Shown here piece by piece: positions 10,247 through 21,566 of a stretch of 64,000 nt of DNA. The notes beneath the pieces were generated by a model. The model was given only the letters and a program-made list of their open reading frames with translations. It was not told where the DNA came from and did no database searches. The position numbers and the translations under genes are program-made. Source of the DNA: Thecamonas trahens ATCC 50062 (lineage: Eukaryota > Protista > Apusomonadida); NCBI RefSeq assembly GCF_000142905.1, contig NW_013657651.1:62001-126000 (forward strand), given 5' to 3'. How positions within the stretch are numbered: the first letter of the stretch is position 1; every line of letters starts with the position of its first letter.

Positions 10247-11735
10247 TTAGCGGGACTCGCGCATCGCCTCCATTCGCGACAGCAAGAGCGAGGCGTTTGG
10301 GTCCTTGGCGACTGGGTACATGTGAAAGAACGGGCCGTTGGATGCGAGGCGGGTGACGACGAGGCCCTTGACGGCGTGGCGGGCGGGATCAAAGCCGGAG
10401 CTCGGGTCCGCAGCGAGAGCGGCGTAGAGTGAGCAGTGGTCAAAGTTGATCATCTCATCGAGCTCGTGGTAGAACAAGAGGCGTGGGCCGGAGACGGCTT
10501 TCCAGGCGGTGGCAGCATCGAGTTTCCAGCCAAAGGCAACAATGAGCCGCGAGCCAAGCGGCGCGAGGGCGCCAAAGTGGGCGAGGGCGAGAAAGAGCGG
10601 GGCAGCAGCAAGGAGAAACTGGAAAAAGTGCAGGGCGAGGCGGATGGCGATGAACCATGACGAGAGTGGCGAGCCAAAGAAAAGAGCGCGCCGATAGCGA
10701 GGACCGGGACCGAGAGCGTGGCAAAGGCGACGGTGCGATGAGAGGTATGTGCGGCGAGCGAGGCCCACCAGTGCGGCAGCTTGTCGCGTGGAATGCTGGC
10801 AGCGTTGTTGGCTACGAGGTCCGAGATGGCGTACGCCATGCCCAGCCAACAGGCGACGGTCCATGCAGCGACCCACGGGCCGAGCGAGTCAGTGGTGGAA
10901 GAGAAGAGCATGCCAAGAACGGCAGCGAGGACGGCGACAAATAAGCCGACAATGAGCGCCATCGGCCCGGAGCGGAGATGGTGCGGGACAACAGCAGCGA
11001 GCGAGGCAAACGAGCGGTCCGAGACAAAGGTTCCCGCCGGGCCACAGGCTGCGCGGGCGAGCGCAACCGCGCCGCCGCCCATCGAGTGGCCATAGAGCAT
11101 GACGTCCTCGGGAGCGACGCCAAACTCGGAGCCAAGAAAGGCGATGGCGCCGAGGACATCATCGACGAGGTCATCGCCGCGGAGCGGAACGCCAGTCGAC
11201 CGCCCGACGCCGCGATAGTTGAACAGCAGCAGCGAGGTTGCGGCGCCATGGAGAGACGAGGCCTCTAGCATGATCTCCTCGTAGCACACGCCATTGGCGT
11301 TGGCCATCACCATCCATGGGCCACTGCCGTTGGGCGATCTCAGATACAGCACTCCGTCCAGGACCGGGGACGCCTCGGTCGAGACGGCGGAGGACGAGCT
11401 CGGGCCGGCCGAGGGGAAGGAGACGCAGCGCCAGTTTGTGGGAGCAGAATCGATGGCCTCTTGGCGAAGCTCATCGTAGACCTCGGGCCGCATACGCGAG
11501 ACGATTGTCGAGGGAAGCAACAGGGAGACGACAACGAGGTTGCGGACGAGGATGATGGCGGCAGTGGCGCCGAGGGAGGAGGTGATGGCCCAGATGATGA
11601 GGAGGGGTAGCGAGGTCGGCGAGGGGGAGGGGGGAGACGAGGGAGCGAGGACGGCACAGGAAAGCCACCATACGCCCGACGAGAGTGCGAGGGCAGTCGC
11701 CGCCGCTGGTGTGGTGAAGCCACGGGTGGGGCCAT
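10247..11735 (-). CDS. Membrane-bound alpha/beta hydrolase (ABHD12/13, Bem46-like); two apparent frameshifts
   Basis: FNYRGVGRSTG, nucleophile elbow YGHSMGGG, DRSFASL. After a frameshift at about 10682 the frame continues with YHELDEMI (Asp) and FFHMYP (His). The start MAPTRGFTT needs one extra C at 11728-11731. Confidence 0.8.
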
Positions 11736-11856
11736 GGGCTAGGGATTGGCGTGGAGTGGCGTGGAGCGGGGGGAGGGGGGGGGGGGGGGGGGGGGGGGCA
11801 GCGTTGTCTGCGGCGAGACTCGCCCGCCACGGGTGAGCAACATGGCCACGCCCAAT

Positions 11857-11965
11857 CCACATCGATCCTCTCCTACGCAGACCCCAACCACCCATGATCC
11901 ATGTATGCCCCACATCGATCCTCTCCTACGCAGACCCCAACCACCTATGATCCATGTATGCCCCA
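11857..11965. repeat. 53-bp direct tandem duplication
   Basis: CCACATCGATCCTCTCCTACGCAGACCCCAACCACCYATGATCCATGTATGCC occurs twice with one mismatch. Confidence 0.9.
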
Positions 11966-12502
11966 CCGGTCGCACCATCAGCCATCGCTCAACATCCGCT
12001 CAAGCGCCTAGATGTGGTCTCCATCTCTCTGGCATTCTCATCAACAGGCGATCGCCCGTTGTTGCGGTTGTGCGCCAGACTGGCTTTCGCTTGGGCAACG
12101 CTAGGTGGCGCGCGTGTCATGCCGACGACACCGACGTCGCGGGCTGGCACACCATCCAATCTTAATCTGTACATGATGCTGTTCACGCTGTCATCGTTAC
12201 CAGGCCGGACGCTGAGATCCGTTCCGATAAGGAGCCGCCAGGTAAGCTGCCGTGGATCTCGTCGTCGTACCATGGCGAGCAGCTCGATTGCGACCCAGAC
12301 GCATAGCTCCGTCCGCCCCATCTACTCCCCCAACAACCACAGTTAGCCACGCCTGCCATCAACACTCATCCTCGCCATCCCTGTCCCAATCGCGCGCCCA
12401 TCTCGCCCCCAATCTGCCCGAAAGAAATTGTTCGCCAGAAACCGCACCCCCCTCTCGCCGCCGGAGCCGTCAACCCGGCCGCCGACCACCCAACTCGTGA
12501 CC

Positions 12503-13045
12503 ATGTCCCGGGTCGGCTCGTGCGCATACCTCCTCCAGCAGGGCTCCCAGGTGTACGCAGTCACGTCGTCTGACCCTCAACTGCGGAGCACACGGAGGTC
12601 TGGCCGAGCCATTCTTGCTCGTCGTCGCCAGGCAGCTGCTGCAGCTGCCGCCGCTGGCGTCACGGACCCGACTACCACCCGCGTGCCAAGACCGACACGG
12701 TCGGGTGAACGACTGGCGGCTTCGGCCATGGCTCGGCGACCGAGATCAGTGCCTCTTGATCAGCGTATGGCTTCAAAGACTGATTACTCGGCAAACTACA
12801 TCGGATTTCCTGTTCAGACCGTGGCTTCCTTGAACAAGGTCCCCGTCCCCTTTGCCCCGTCCGCTACCCGCAACCGCATCGCCTCGGATGATCTCCGCCG
12901 CCCGCGCAAGAACGCATCAGTCATCGCCATGGGTCCCGACAAGGGTCCGTTCCGCCAGCTGCCGGCTGCCACATACCGATCCACATACGACGACTCGTAC
13001 ACATACACATCTACCCGCAACCCCAATGCGGTCCTCCAGATCTAA
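12503..13045 (+). CDS. Hypothetical basic protein, possibly a ciliary microtubule-associated protein
   Basis: 180-aa ORF after a C-rich leader, with two short Tyr motifs (KTDYSANY, YRSTYDDSY). Confidence 0.6.
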   Translation: MSRVGSCAYLLQQGSQVYAVTSSDPQLRSTRRSGRAILARRRQAAAAAAAAGVTDPTTTRVPRPTRSGERLAASAMARRPRSVPLDQRMASKTDYSANYIGFPVQTVASLNKVPVPFAPSATRNRIASDDLRRPRKNASVIAMGPDKGPFRQLPAATYRSTYDDSYTYTSTRNPNAVLQI

Positions 13046-13106
13046 ACCTCTTTGCACTCGCCCACAACCACACCCATGTCACCATCTCTCCATACATTGG
13101 CCATCT

Positions 13107-16100
13107 CTATCCATCGGATGAAAACGAAAACGAGGAGAACTCCGTCGACTCGGGCCGGAAGAGCACAACATCGGGCACTGCGGTCAGCTGTGGCGTACCT
13201 GCGACTGCATCACGGATACCCTTGCTCTTGTCCTTGCTCTTGGCCTTGCTCTTGCTCTTGCTCTTGCTCTTGCCCTTACCCTTGGCCTTGGCCTTGCTCT
13301 TGCCCCTGCCCTTGCTCTTGTGCTTGGCTTTGGCTTTGGCCTTGCTCTTGGCCCGATCACCGCCGCCAGTGCCCGGCATCGCCAGCGATTGCGCAGCCAG
13401 GCGCCGCTCACGCCGCCGTCCGAGCCCATCGCCGTCAACAGCCGCTATTGGCGCAGCCTCATTGTTGCGACCGGTCGACAGCGCCCGTGCTTCGCTGTAT
13501 GGCGCCAGCACTGTCCCGCGCCACATAGCCCGCCCGGCGAGCCAAGCCTCGCGCCGTGTCGCTGCCAACGCCGCAAATCGTTCGCTCTCGTGCCGCACAA
13601 TGCGCGCCCTCATCTTGGCCACCGCCGCCCGTGCACCTTCCGCCCGTGCACCTTCGCCGCTCTTCTCGGCGGCGGCTACCGCCGCTCGCCGCCGCTTGGA
13701 CCGCTTGCTCTCAGCCTTGGCTGCAGCCTTATTTCGCGCCGCGTCGATTGGTCTTAGCGCAGCCGTGAGCCGCACCTCGATCGCCGTCCGCGTCTCGACC
13801 AGCTCAGCAGAGTTGAACCACCGCAGAAACTCGCCGGTGTCGTACAACGGGTCGTACTCATCCATCTCGTCAGGATCCACAGCGAGCACCCCAGGCAGTC
13901 GTGCAAAGTAGTTCTCCACATGCGGATCGCGAATGATCCGCCGCAACACCTTGGCGTTCTCCGCCACAGGCGCAAACACATCGCGCAAAATCTCAAAGAT
14001 CCGCGCCTGCACCCCGGGCAGCTCGGCCGCATGCAGAAACAGCCGGAGAAGGAGGACGAGCCCGCCAGAATCGCGGAATAGCGGCTGCGCCGCAATCGTC
14101 TCAAAGTTGAAATTGACAAAGAACGACGAGAGCTCTAGAGGCGTCAATCGCCCGTCGAGCAAAACACCACCATGGCGTTGTGCACCTGCAACAAGCCCAC
14201 GTTCCGAATCAGCGTCCGCACTTCGGGTGTCGCGCGCCATGTCAGCGCGTGGATCGTGTTGATGATCCGCTCGCACAAGTTGGGCGAAAAGCCAGGCACG
14301 CTCTGCAAGCCCGAGAAGAGCACCACAAGACCCTTGACAAACGACGCGACCTCAAAGTTGCCCACGCCCTCGGCAGACCGCTCCTCGAGAAACCGCAGCA
14401 GCGAGCCGCGCGGATGCGCACCGCGTCCGCCGCCACTTGCAAGGATCGGGTACGCCGCCACAACGTCAAGCAGCGCTTCGCCAACAAGGAGTACAAACTG
14501 AGGCGCGTCCGTCATCCCGAGCAGCTTGCCGAGGAGCACAGGCCGCTTGCTCCCCAGGTCAAAGAGCAGCGTCCGCTGAAGAACAGGGAGAAAGCCAACC
14601 ACAACACGCGGCTCCGCCGCAATCCCGTCGCCGTCTCTACCACACAGCAGCTCCCGGCACCACTCCAGCCACGGCACATCCCACAGCTGCACCAGGTTTG
14701 CCTCGCGCGAGAACAGTCGCTCCAGCCGCGCAAAGATAAATGACGCCACGTCGTCGCCCACCCTCTCGCCGCCCTCGCCCAACACAAGCAGGAGGCTCTG
14801 CACAAACGCGACGTGCCGAACGAGCTCGCCGCGAGACAGCGCGCCCTTGCCTCCGGTGCCGTCAACCATTGCGGCGCGGAACGCCGAAAACCACTTGGCT
14901 GCCCCACGTGAGCCAAACTCGGTCGGTCCGGCCAGCCCGCTCGTCCCGGCCTCGTCGCGCTCCTCACCGCCGTCACCGTCGCCACAGCCATTCTCGTCGC
15001 CATCGTCACTCACATCTCCGGCCTCCTCGCCTAGCATGATCGAGTCAGAGCCTTCGTCACCCAGAGCCTCGAGCCCGGCCCCGCCTGACGCCATCAGCAC
15101 AAACGACGGCGAGAATAGCATCGGCGGTCCGGACCTCCCGCGCTCACGCCCGCTCACGCTCCCGCGCCGCGTCTCGCGCGCGTGAAACTCCGCTCCGTTG
15201 ACAATCAAGCTCTCCAGCGCGCTTACTCCGGGCTTGTCCATCTCGAACCCGCACAACGCCTCGCCCACCAGTCGCGGCAGCGCAAGCGCCTCCACCGCCT
15301 GCAAGCTTGTCTTCGGCCGATACTGCAGGAGCAGCGAGAGCAGCGAGAGGGCTGCCTGTCGCATACGCGCGCTGTGAGAGCCCACAGCCACGGCCACAAA
15401 CTCAAAGAGCCGCCGCCCTAGGCCGAACACCTGCTCCAGCAGCGGTGACACCACCGCAACCTCCTGCACAACCATAAGAAAGAGCTCCACACGCACAGGC
15501 GCCACTTCCTCGCTCGACTCGCGCTCGTCCATCATAAACTCAAACAATGCCTCGAGCTGTCCGCACGAGAGCCAGCCCACCACACTTCGCATCAGCCGCA
15601 CCACAATGTGCGCAAGCTTCGGAAACACAAGTCCGATGCGGAGCATCCGCGGCAGCGCGTGTGGAAGCGCGAGGAGCGCCTCTACGTTGCCCGCTTCCGC
15701 CACTATCACGTCCACCAGGCCGTGCACCACCCGCCGTGGCACGCGTTCACTCCCGCTTCGGCCAAGCACGTCCAGCAGCGTCGCCACATACCCCGCGCGC
15801 AACACCGCGAGTTGCACACCGGCCCCGGTAGAAATCTCAGCTCCCGCAAGCCCGGACACAAGCGGGTACACCAGTGCAAACGGAATGTCGGAGCTCTCCT
15901 CAAACTCGGATCCCGGCAAAAGGTAGCGCACTAGCTCGGCGCCCGCAAGGTCGTCGTGAAGCTGTCGTCCCAGGCTTCCGCCTGCACTTCGCGCCGAGCC
16001 CACCGCCACACACAGCCCGAGAAGCTGGAACGAGGCAAACAGGACCTTGTCGCGTGCCTTGCGCATCTGCACCTCGTCTGGCCCGCGCACAAGCGCCGGA

Positions 16101-19100
16101 AGCACGCCCACCATTCCGCCAAGCACATCGATGCTCGACGCGAGGCTCGGCTCGTCTACCACCGCTTCGGTGCCTCGCACTCCGCGCACGCCAGCCAGCA
16201 GCCTCAACTCTGCCGTCGTGATGGCGCCCGCCCGCTTCGCTGGCGAGCCGAGCCCGCCAGAGCCCGAGCTCTTGCCCGACGGTGAGCCCGCTGCAGATCC
16301 AGGAGAGTGCGCGCTGCTTCCAGCTAGTGACACCGCTTGCGACGCAACCAGCTTGCCGCGCACCATCTCGTGGTCGCCTGCGCCGAGCTCGTACCAGGCC
16401 AGCACCTCGTCGTCGCCGACCGCCCCACCCACCACGTACACGTCCGAGACAGCGCCAGAAAACCCGCCGCCGTCGGTGCCGACCTCGACCCGTGCCGCAC
16501 CTCCGCTTGCCACCTCGCGCGCAACCAGCTCCGCCTCTTCGACCTCGGTTGTTACACTCGCCCCGTTGATGTACACCCGCGTTCGCCCAGCCCCGTTCAC
16601 GCTCACCACCAGAGCATTGAACTGCGAGTTGCCGGCAACAAGCGCGTGAGGCAGCACAACCTGCGCCTCGCCCACCGTCACTCGCACCATATACATCCGG
16701 CCGTCGGCTTTGCTCACAGGCCCAACACAGCCGTCGTTTGTCAGTGTCGAGCCCGACGAGACAGACGCCGAGTCGACCGTCCGCGACTCGGCCATGGCGC
16801 CGCTGCTTCCGCCGCTGGCCGCCCGGTCGCGCGAGCACGACCGCTGCCGTCGGGCCGGGCCGCTCAGCAACGGCACAAAGGCGAGCTCGAGTATCACTTC
16901 GCGATCATTCTGCACGCGAAGCAGCACCATTGCACTCTCGCTTCCGCCGTCAGCGCTGGTCCAAGTGCTCGCTTCGAGCGCGACCCAGCATGAGATCGCC
17001 CACGGTGAGTTAAGGGCCGTAGCCTCGAGCTCGGTGAAAAGCGCGCTGTCGCTGCCAGCTCCGTACGGTCCGCCGGGCGCGGCGCTTCCAAGCAGCACCA
17101 CAGTCCGCGGTCGTGCCGAGTACGCCATTCCAGCAAGGGCATGGAGAATGTCCTCGCGTAACCGGTCGCGCTCGCGCCGCGCAAGCACGAGGCCCAGTTC
17201 GCTTTCGCTGCCCCATAGCCCGTCTCCAAGCCCCGCCAGAGCGTCGAGCGTCTTTTGCAGTTGCTGCGGCCAGATGGCCGTCGCACCAACCAGCCGCGCA
17301 AGGTCAAGATACATGGTCCGAGTCGACGGCAGCAGCTGGCTCGAGGGCGTCAGCGCAAGGTCGAGAAGTGTGGCGTAGCCCGAGGCCCGCGCAAACACAA
17401 TCGCGTTTCCGCGCGACGCCTGCACAAGCGCATGCACCAGTAGCAGCGGCGAGAGCGGATCGAGATCGTCCAGCAGTGGCAGCGCCGCGAGCACAAGGCT
17501 GGCCCCGGCCACAGACAGGAAGCGCACCCCGCGCAGCGCTTCTGTCGCCAGCGGTGAGTGGAACGCCGACGACGCTGTCAGCTGCGCTGCAGGCCGCGAC
17601 GCCACAACGTGGCCCGGCTCTACCAGCCCGCCACGGTAGACAACCCGCCGCCCGCGAATCCGCGATCCCGAGCTGCTCCTGCGCTGCGACGCCGACTCGG
17701 ACGACCGCCGTGACGATGACGACGCCCGCGACCGGATCCGCGATCGCGCAGACCGCGACGACGCCCGCGATGCCGATGGCGCTGTTGACGTGTTTGAGAC
17801 TGTTGTCGAGATCGACGAGACCGAGCCTGTCGATGAGACCGACAACATCGCCCCGCCTTCGCCACCCACCGTCTTGGATGCGGCAACAGAGAGCGCAATG
17901 AGGTCTTCCGTCGAGGTGATGGTCCGGAACGAGGCCACCGAGCTGGCCCGCGCATTGCCCAGCGACGGCGATGGTAGCAGCAGCATGTCACCTTGGTACG
18001 CTGCATGGTGCTGCGGGCCATGCGAAGTCGACATCGACGCAATCGAGAGCGACGACGCAGACTTGTGAATCGGCTTGGCAAACGCCGGTCCCGAGCTCGA
18101 GCCCGAGCCATGCACAACCGGTTGCGCCTCTCGCACCAGATCGTGTGCCGTCAGCAAAGCCCGCGCCGAGCTGAGCGCCAGCGGCAACGTCGGTTCGCTG
18201 CGATCAACCTCAGCCATGACCGCGGCCAGCTTGGGCGCGCGGACCGAGTCGCCCAACGACGACGAGACCGTGGTCGTGGTCGATGGCAGCAGATGCAGCT
18301 CGCTGAGAACGGCCGTCACCGACGGGCGCACGGCCATGTCCACCAGGCGGTAGAAGAGAGGCAACGGGAGCTGCGTCCGCATCCCGCGCTCGCCCAGGCC
18401 TACCAGGACCCGTGTCAGCTGCTCCATCTCGCTTTGGCTTGCCCGTCCAGCCCACAGCCGGCAGAGCGTGTCAACGACGGCGAGCGCAATCGTCGGTGGC
18501 GCTCCGGGTGCCTCGAGCGTCCGTGGAAGAGAGAGCAGGACCATAAGCGTCTCGCGTGACGCCGCCATCGCTCGTCCAGCGTCTGCCGACGTTGACACCA
18601 GCGCGTTGATTCCGTGCAGGAGCGCGGCAGCGACGCCTGCGCTCAGCCCAGGTGCAGAGAGCAGAGCCGTGTAGACTTTTGCGGCGTCCGGTGTAGCAGA
18701 CGGCAGTGTGATGAGGGTATTGAGAAGCCAGATAAGGCCGTGAATCAGTTCGGTAGGCGGTGGCGACGCCGATCGCGATCGCGGCACCAGCAGCGTTTGC
18801 AGGTGTGGCTGGACCATGGCGAGTGAGAGCGGCTCTGACGGGAGCCGTGCGAGAAGTACCAGCACCTTGATGACGCCCAGGCCGAGGTCAGCCGGTGGCA
18901 GGGAGCGTGGACCCGAGGTGGCTGACACCACAAACGGTTCCCGGGTGAGCAGCGCGCACACGTTGGTTGCCAGCGCTACGTACGACTCGGAGGCTACTGA
19001 CGGATGGGCCAGATGCAGGCTCAGCGCCGATGCCAACGAGTCCAGCAGCTCGGCCACCAACTCGGGCGCCAGCGGCGGCTGCGAGAGAAGAAGCTTGGAG

Positions 19101-20887
19101 AACTCAAAGAGAACCACACACGAGTGGTTGGTGAGAAGGAGCGAGCTGTAGTCGAGGAGAGCGAGGAGGCAAGGCCCGAGCCGCCCCACCGCATCGTCAT
19201 CAAGATGGACAAGGGCGAGGACCAGTCGCCCGATGCCGCCCGAGAGGAGGAGCATAAGTGCGTTGCACGGGTTTGCCACTAGCACGTCGAGTAAGCATTG
19301 CAGTGCGCTGACGACGCAGCTTGTTGCTGCGGGCCGCCGCACGCCGCTCTGCACCCGCACACCAACCTCGACCAACACCTCGAGCGCCCACAAGTTGCCT
19401 ACCAGCCTTGAGTTGCGGCCCTGGAGGACGAGGACAAAGAGTGCGTCAAAGGCGCGAGCGGCAAGAGCTGGTGGTGCCGCTGCCAGAGCCTCGGACGCCA
19501 GCACGCTCTCCATGGCCACTGCTGCTCCGGCTGAGGCCACCATGCGGCTTGCAGCCCGAGACGTGACTCCGAGCGCAGCAAGAAGGACAAGGCCGGCGGT
19601 CCGGGTCGCTACCGACGCGGCCTGTTCGACAGTCGCCACAATGGCCGCAACGTGGGCCATGAGCGGGTGCATGTCCGCGGCAGCCGCCGCCGATGGCGGC
19701 GCCCGCGCCTGCTGTCGCTGCAGCTCGTCAAACTCGAGCTGCGTGTCCGCGAGCTGTGCGGCGGTCGGGATGTGCTTGGGAAGAACGCGGCGAGAGTCGG
19801 TGCCGCTCACGTCATCGTCGATCGAGCCCAGCGACGGCGTCGGCCGCAGCGTCGCCGCAGTCTTGGACTCGAACATAGACGACATCATCGATGCCGCGTC
19901 AGTGAAGAGGCTTGCCACGTTGGTGAGGAGCGAGGGCTTGACCTCGGTCGCCGCGGGACCGGCTGGCGGCAGGCTGCCAGGTTGAGGTCCAAACCCGACA
20001 AGCGCCAGCGTAAGGACTCGGAGCGCAGCAGCAGCGACGTCATCAGCGACATCGTCTGCCCGTGCCCCTGCGTCGCCGGTCCCGCCTCCGGTGCTGGCGT
20101 TGCTCCCGTTGGTCGACGCACCGAGCTGAACCAGCCCCGCGAGCACATCCGGTGTGCCGCAGACCAGCGCATCGACTGCCGGTACGCCAATGACATGCGC
20201 CAGCATGCCCATGATTTTGCGAGCGGCATACAGTGAGGAATGTGCGGCCGCCAGTCCCGCCCTGGCCAACAGCAGGCCTAGATGTGGGACAGTGGTGGCA
20301 AGGCGCTTTCCGTCCGAGCTCGTGATCAGTAGATCCAAGACAGCAAAGGCCGAGCGAGCGTCCGGACGAGAAGCATGTGGATCATTCAAGATCCAGGCGA
20401 GCATACAAGCAGTCTCTTCCGGTCGCTGGAGCAGGGCAGCTGGCGAAGGGCGATCTGGCGACGAGGCCGGTGAGGCAAAGGCTAAGTCCGAGTACGCCGA
20501 GTGAAAGGCATTGGCAAAGGCGGTGAGAGCATCAGTAGCTTCATCACTTGGCAGCGGTGGCTCTATTCTCTCTGCCATTGCCCCCATTCTTGTCATGGTC
20601 TCGATCTTGCTCCCATGGCTCTTCTCCATGCCTAACTCTTCCTCCCTCCCGGCCAGTGCCTCCATGCCCACCTCCACCATTGCCAAAGAGGCATATCTCT
20701 GCCATAGCCGGTCCAAGCTCGTCCGCTCCCCACCTGGTGCAAGGGCAAGTAACGACCGCATCGGAGAAGGGGGAACGTTGTGCTGGAAGGGGTGGAAAGA
20801 AGGGAGGTGTGACCTGTCGTCTTCGTGTGGCCTGGCCTGCCCGTCTCCGGTGAGCTCTCTGGCGCGACCTGGTCCCTCTCTCCCCAT
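13107..20887 (-). CDS. Very large (about 2590 aa) helical-repeat plus ConA/LamG-like protein resembling the N-terminal part of neurobeachin/BEACH proteins; one frameshift at about 14162
   Basis: 2247-aa ORF joins the frame of 13107-14276 if one T is added (VVFLLDGRLTPLELSSFF). Motifs WAISCWV...FSGAVSDVYVV...EVLAWYELG and SSIDVLGGMVGVLP. Lys-rich tail. Alternative start at 20761. Confidence 0.7.
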
Positions 20888-21108
20888 CCTGGCCTGGTGG
20901 TCTTCGTCGTCTTATCTTCATACTCATACGAATGACCAATTCATGCGCCAAAAAAGGACATGAAGGATCGAACCTGTCATGGTGATTGATGAGGAGGGTG
21001 TGTGTGGTCATACGGCTGATCGGACGAACGTATGTGGGAAGGGTATGGCTCATCGATTACGATCCTGGGAACCAGGATCATCATGGGCAGAAAGGGCAGA
21101 ATGAGTAT

Positions 21109-21148
<40 letters not shown>

Positions 21149-21566
21149 ATACTACTCACCAGGCTTTCACAACTTGGTTCGCGATGGACAGATAGATGAT
21201 TCCTATCGCGGACGAGCTGGACAAGACACAAGATGTGACTGTGCGTGGCAGTTGCGGCCAGTGTAGGCAAGGTGAGTCATGGGTAATCGATGAGCCATGG
21301 AGTTTGTTATCGATGTGGGCCATGGGCTTTCGATGGGCCATGGGTAGTCCCATTGTTAGACTCTTGCGATTGTTCAACGTTGGATTTGTCATGGCAGGCG
21401 CGCACCTCCTGCCCCTCACCACACACACACACACCCATACCCATGCCACCACATACACCGCTCGCACAAACACGCACATACACACACACTCACACACACA
21501 CACACACACACACTCCCTCATACACACACTCCGTCTGCCTGTGTATCCCCCCCCCCCTCCAACACC

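Noticed and set aside
11989-12346. Short ORFs on both strands between the hydrolase and the 12503 gene
   Set aside because: No motifs, atypical codon use, and located in a divergent promoter region.
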